Shown here piece by piece: positions 61,831 through 64,000 of a stretch of DNA of 64,000 nt. The stretch's first letter is position 1, and every line of letters begins with the position of its first letter. This DNA is from a virus: IMG/VR virus record IMGVR_UViG_3300029875_000005, positions 1 to 64,000 of that record. The stretch is one strand, 5' to 3'. The position numbers and the translations under genes are program-made. The notes beneath the pieces were generated by a model. It saw only the letters and a program-made list of their open reading frames with translations, ran no database searches and was not told where the DNA came from.

Positions 61831-62325
61831 TTACTCCTTCAACAGACTTTCTACAAGTTCTTCCTTTGTGGCGAAGACGTCTACACCCTTGGTGTATGTA
61901 CTATCATGTTTTAATAAAACCTTACAGCATTCCCTGTCTTCATTCTTTTCAAGGATGACGCGAGTAATCGTCTTCTCAGCTATCTTGTTATCACGCAATA
62001 GGAAAACCTGTTGGCCAACATAGAAGTTGGTTTTAAGATTTGTCTTTGCTCGTTCCTGTACTTCCCAATCAGACGATAATTCCATACATGCGTACACTTC
62101 CTTGCCTTCTGAGAGGTCTTTGGTGATGTGCTCGAAGATTTCCTGTTCTGTAGGCTCTCGCTCTTCTCCGGTCTCTTCATCATCGATGGTGTAAATACTA
62201 TATTCCCAACCTTCCTTGTCTACAAGTTTGAGTCCGGCTGCCTGTGCCTTTACTACGTCTTGTATGGTGTTAATCTCAACTCCTACAAAATTGTCACTCA
62301 ATCTAACTGCCTTAGTTGTCTTCAT
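61831..62325 (-). CDS. hypothetical early protein
   Basis: 164-aa ORF. Confidence 0.6.
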   Translation of the reverse strand: MKTTKAVRLSDNFVGVEINTIQDVVKAQAAGLKLVDKEGWEYSIYTIDDEETGEEREPTEQEIFEHITKDLSEGKEVYACMELSSDWEVQERAKTNLKTNFYVGQQVFLLRDNKIAEKTITRVILEKNEDRECCKVLLKHDSTYTKGVDVFATKEELVESLLKE

Positions 62326-62343
62326 AATTTTATCTCCTATAAT

Positions 62344-62490
62344 TTAAATTGCTCCAAACTTCTTTGATAAATAATATCGGAAAACGATTGCTTGTGCCCT
62401 TGATATGGCGATACGTTCTCCTTTTGTGGCCTCCTCGTTGCTGAAAGCTAGAAGGAGGTCACTTAACTTCTGTAAATCATCTGCGCTCAT
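62344..62490 (-). CDS. 48-aa micro-protein (below the ORF-track cutoff)
   Basis: Hand translation: MSADDLQKLSDLLLAFSNEEATKGERIAISRAQAIVFRYYLSKKFGAI. Confidence 0.35.
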   Translation of the reverse strand: MSADDLQKLSDLLLAFSNEEATKGERIAISRAQAIVFRYYLSKKFGAI

Positions 62491-62495
62491 AGTCT

Positions 62496-62813
62496 TTACT
62501 TGTTAATGACTTTAGCATCATAAGTTCTGCCGATAATCTTGTCTATCTTTGCTTGCTGCTGATAATCTGTGCAGTCGGCAAAGTTCTCCTGTCCCTCATA
62601 GAAACGTGCTGCATTCTTCAGCTCATGGAGTGTTGCTTGTGTGTAGTCCTTGTTAGGATCAACTTGCCTAAGGTTCTCACATGTCTTGCAATACTCGATG
62701 AAGTCTACAAGCAAAGATTTCTCCTCGCTCTTGCTCTGCTGCATTCCGGCTCCCATAAGAGGTAGGGCAACTATCGTTGCCACTACCAACACTATCTTAA
62801 TTCTCTTTTTCAT
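62496..62813 (-). CDS. secreted/periplasmic small protein
   Basis: MKKRIKIVLVVATIVALPLMGAGMQ is a signal-peptide-like N-terminus. Confidence 0.55.
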   Translation of the reverse strand: MKKRIKIVLVVATIVALPLMGAGMQQSKSEEKSLLVDFIEYCKTCENLRQVDPNKDYTQATLHELKNAARFYEGQENFADCTDYQQQAKIDKIIGRTYDAKVINK

Positions 62814-62879
62814 ATTACTCGTCCTCCATGTCTTTTGCTGCTCTCAGTCTGTAGCCTGTAAGACTGCCAACTAAGAAGA

Positions 62880-63179
62880 TTAATACATAAATTGTGATGT
62901 CCATACCCTAACATGTTTTTGCTTGTTATTTATTTCGTTTACTGCTGACTGAAGCAAAAGGCTTGAAACCTCGGTTGGCTCGTCTATAATATCAACAAAA
63001 GTGACTTCCTTCGTTTCGTTGTTCAGAAACTCCACATAGTCGGGATTTAGACGTTTATACACTACGTATTCCACTCCGTTGATTTTTGTGGTAATGGTAT
63101 CATGGTCTTCTCTGAGATAGTCGCTTATCTCGTTGAATAGACGCCAATACTCTTTCAAAGCTAAAATTTTCTTCATCAT
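62880..63179 (-). CDS. hypothetical early protein
   Basis: 99-aa ORF. Confidence 0.55.
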   Translation of the reverse strand: MMKKILALKEYWRLFNEISDYLREDHDTITTKINGVEYVVYKRLNPDYVEFLNNETKEVTFVDIIDEPTEVSSLLLQSAVNEINNKQKHVRVWTSQFMY

Positions 63180-63183
63180 ATTG

Positions 63184-63414
63184 CTAATATTTTAAAATCT
63201 TTTTGATTACTGCGGCTGCGAGAACATCGTTAGCGGTTATAGGTCTCGGCTCTGTTATGCTTTCTGCCCATGCTGCACCGCCAAAATACCAATGGTCTCT
63301 CCTCCATTCCTCACAAAACTTCTCGGCCTCCCAACGTGTAGGAAACTCCTTTTCTCTCATTTCCGAGTGCGGTCTGCTGCCATACTCGTAATGTGCTACA
63401 TGATGTACTTTCAT
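63184..63414 (-). CDS. hypothetical small early protein
   Basis: 76-aa ORF. Confidence 0.5.
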   Translation of the reverse strand: MKVHHVAHYEYGSRPHSEMREKEFPTRWEAEKFCEEWRRDHWYFGGAAWAESITEPRPITANDVLAAAVIKKILKY

Positions 63415-63437
63415 ATCAATTTCCTTTCTTTTAATTG

Positions 63438-63632
63438 TTATGAATTATAAAAATTAATAGGCTCATAATCTCTGTTTCTGCAATCGTTTCCTTCCTCATG
63501 ATAAGGGCATTTATTGTCTTTCTTATAGTAACTGCCAAGGCGGTCATTCATACCCATACTAGATACTACAAGTCGATTGCATTTGCCATTTCTGAATGCA
63601 AATCTGCAAGATAAACAAATATTCTCTTCCAT
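63438..63632 (-). CDS. small Cys-rich (zinc-finger-like) protein
   Basis: 64 aa containing CLSCRFAFRNGKC ... KCPYHEEGNDC. Confidence 0.5.
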   Translation of the reverse strand: MEENICLSCRFAFRNGKCNRLVVSSMGMNDRLGSYYKKDNKCPYHEEGNDCRNRDYEPINFYNS

Positions 63633-63715
63633 TTCTGTTTCTTTATTAATTGTTATACTTGTGCGGTCTCACGGCTTGAACGTGATGTGCTCCTCTATTC
63701 GCTGACCGCTCTGTG

Positions 63716-63961
63716 TTACTTCTTGCCAAAGTTGAAGATTCTAACGAACTGATAGAAGGTTTTGTGTCCTACAAGGTGAAACAAGTCTTCAAAGATATAC
63801 TCCTTGCATTCCTTTGTTCCTTCTCTGTACACATCTTGCATCTGCTTTGCGGTCATATAACCGCTAGTAAGCCATTCGAAGAATAATGCACCTAAACTCT
63901 CGTAGTCGTTGTTCTTGTCATAGAACTTCTTCTGCTGCTCGTAAGTTTTGTTCTTTCTCAT
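63716..63961 (-). CDS. hypothetical small early protein
   Basis: 81-aa ORF. Confidence 0.5.
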   Translation of the reverse strand: MRKNKTYEQQKKFYDKNNDYESLGALFFEWLTSGYMTAKQMQDVYREGTKECKEYIFEDLFHLVGHKTFYQFVRIFNFGKK

Positions 63962-64000
63962 ATTCTTATCTCCTATCTTTAAGATTCTATACCATTTAAT

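Noticed and set aside
1-64000. Search for CRISPR arrays, a reverse transcriptase with template/variable repeats (DGR), rRNA genes, transposases or IS elements, and stop-codon recoding.
   Set aside because: No regularly spaced repeats, no RT motifs (YxDD) in any long ORF and no IS-like ORFs were found. Long structural genes are uninterrupted in the standard code, so none of these is supported.

Overview
Almost the whole window reads as one temperate phage or prophage of a Bacteroidota-type host (Bacteroides/Prevotella-like). The host call rests on repeated TAnnTTTG -7 promoter boxes placed 15-45 nt upstream of operon starts and on the near absence of Shine-Dalgarno sites. All functional calls come from motifs, size and gene order read by eye. 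No homology search was possible. Layout: (1) 6..13556 is a single ORF of at least 4516 aa, open at the 5' window edge. It is a polyvalent protein with a ParB-like nuclease, an N6-adenine methyltransferase, a strawberry-notch/SF2 helicase, two zincin motifs and a long C-terminal region. (2) 13.6-35.4 kb is the virion module. It holds a lipoprotein moron, small + strand genes, an LRR-like protein, a 1129-aa repeat-bearing tail fibre, scaffold-like and capsid-like genes on the - strand, then portal-like, Ig-domain, TerS-like and TerL genes and a 921-aa protein on the + strand. No tape measure, tube or sheath was recognised, so the virion looks podovirus-like. (3) 35.5-36.4 kb is a separately promoted two-gene unit ending in a minimal rhomboid intramembrane protease. 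(4) 37.5-39.2 kb is a lysis cassette (holin, Amidase_2 endolysin, unimolecular-spanin candidate) followed by an Xis-like HTH gene. (5) 39.3-53.6 kb is a leftward early operon. It contains an orphan MTase, many small ORFs, an SbcC/Rad50-like ATPase, RecT, a frame-disrupted MBL-fold gene, dUTPase, NinG-like and a Cro-like gene. It also contains a roughly 0.8 kb ORF-free stretch with tRNA-like elements and two near-identical terminator hairpins. (6) 53.6-55.3 kb holds the CI-like repressor and a tyrosine integrase. (7) 55.3-56.2 kb is an ORF-free, attP-like region. (8) 56.2-59.3 kb is a + strand accessory island (DUF559-like nuclease, lipoprotein, ASCH, HNH). (9) 59.3-64.0 kb is another leftward block of small early-type genes that runs off the window. 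No rRNA, CRISPR array, reverse transcriptase/DGR or canonical tRNA was found.
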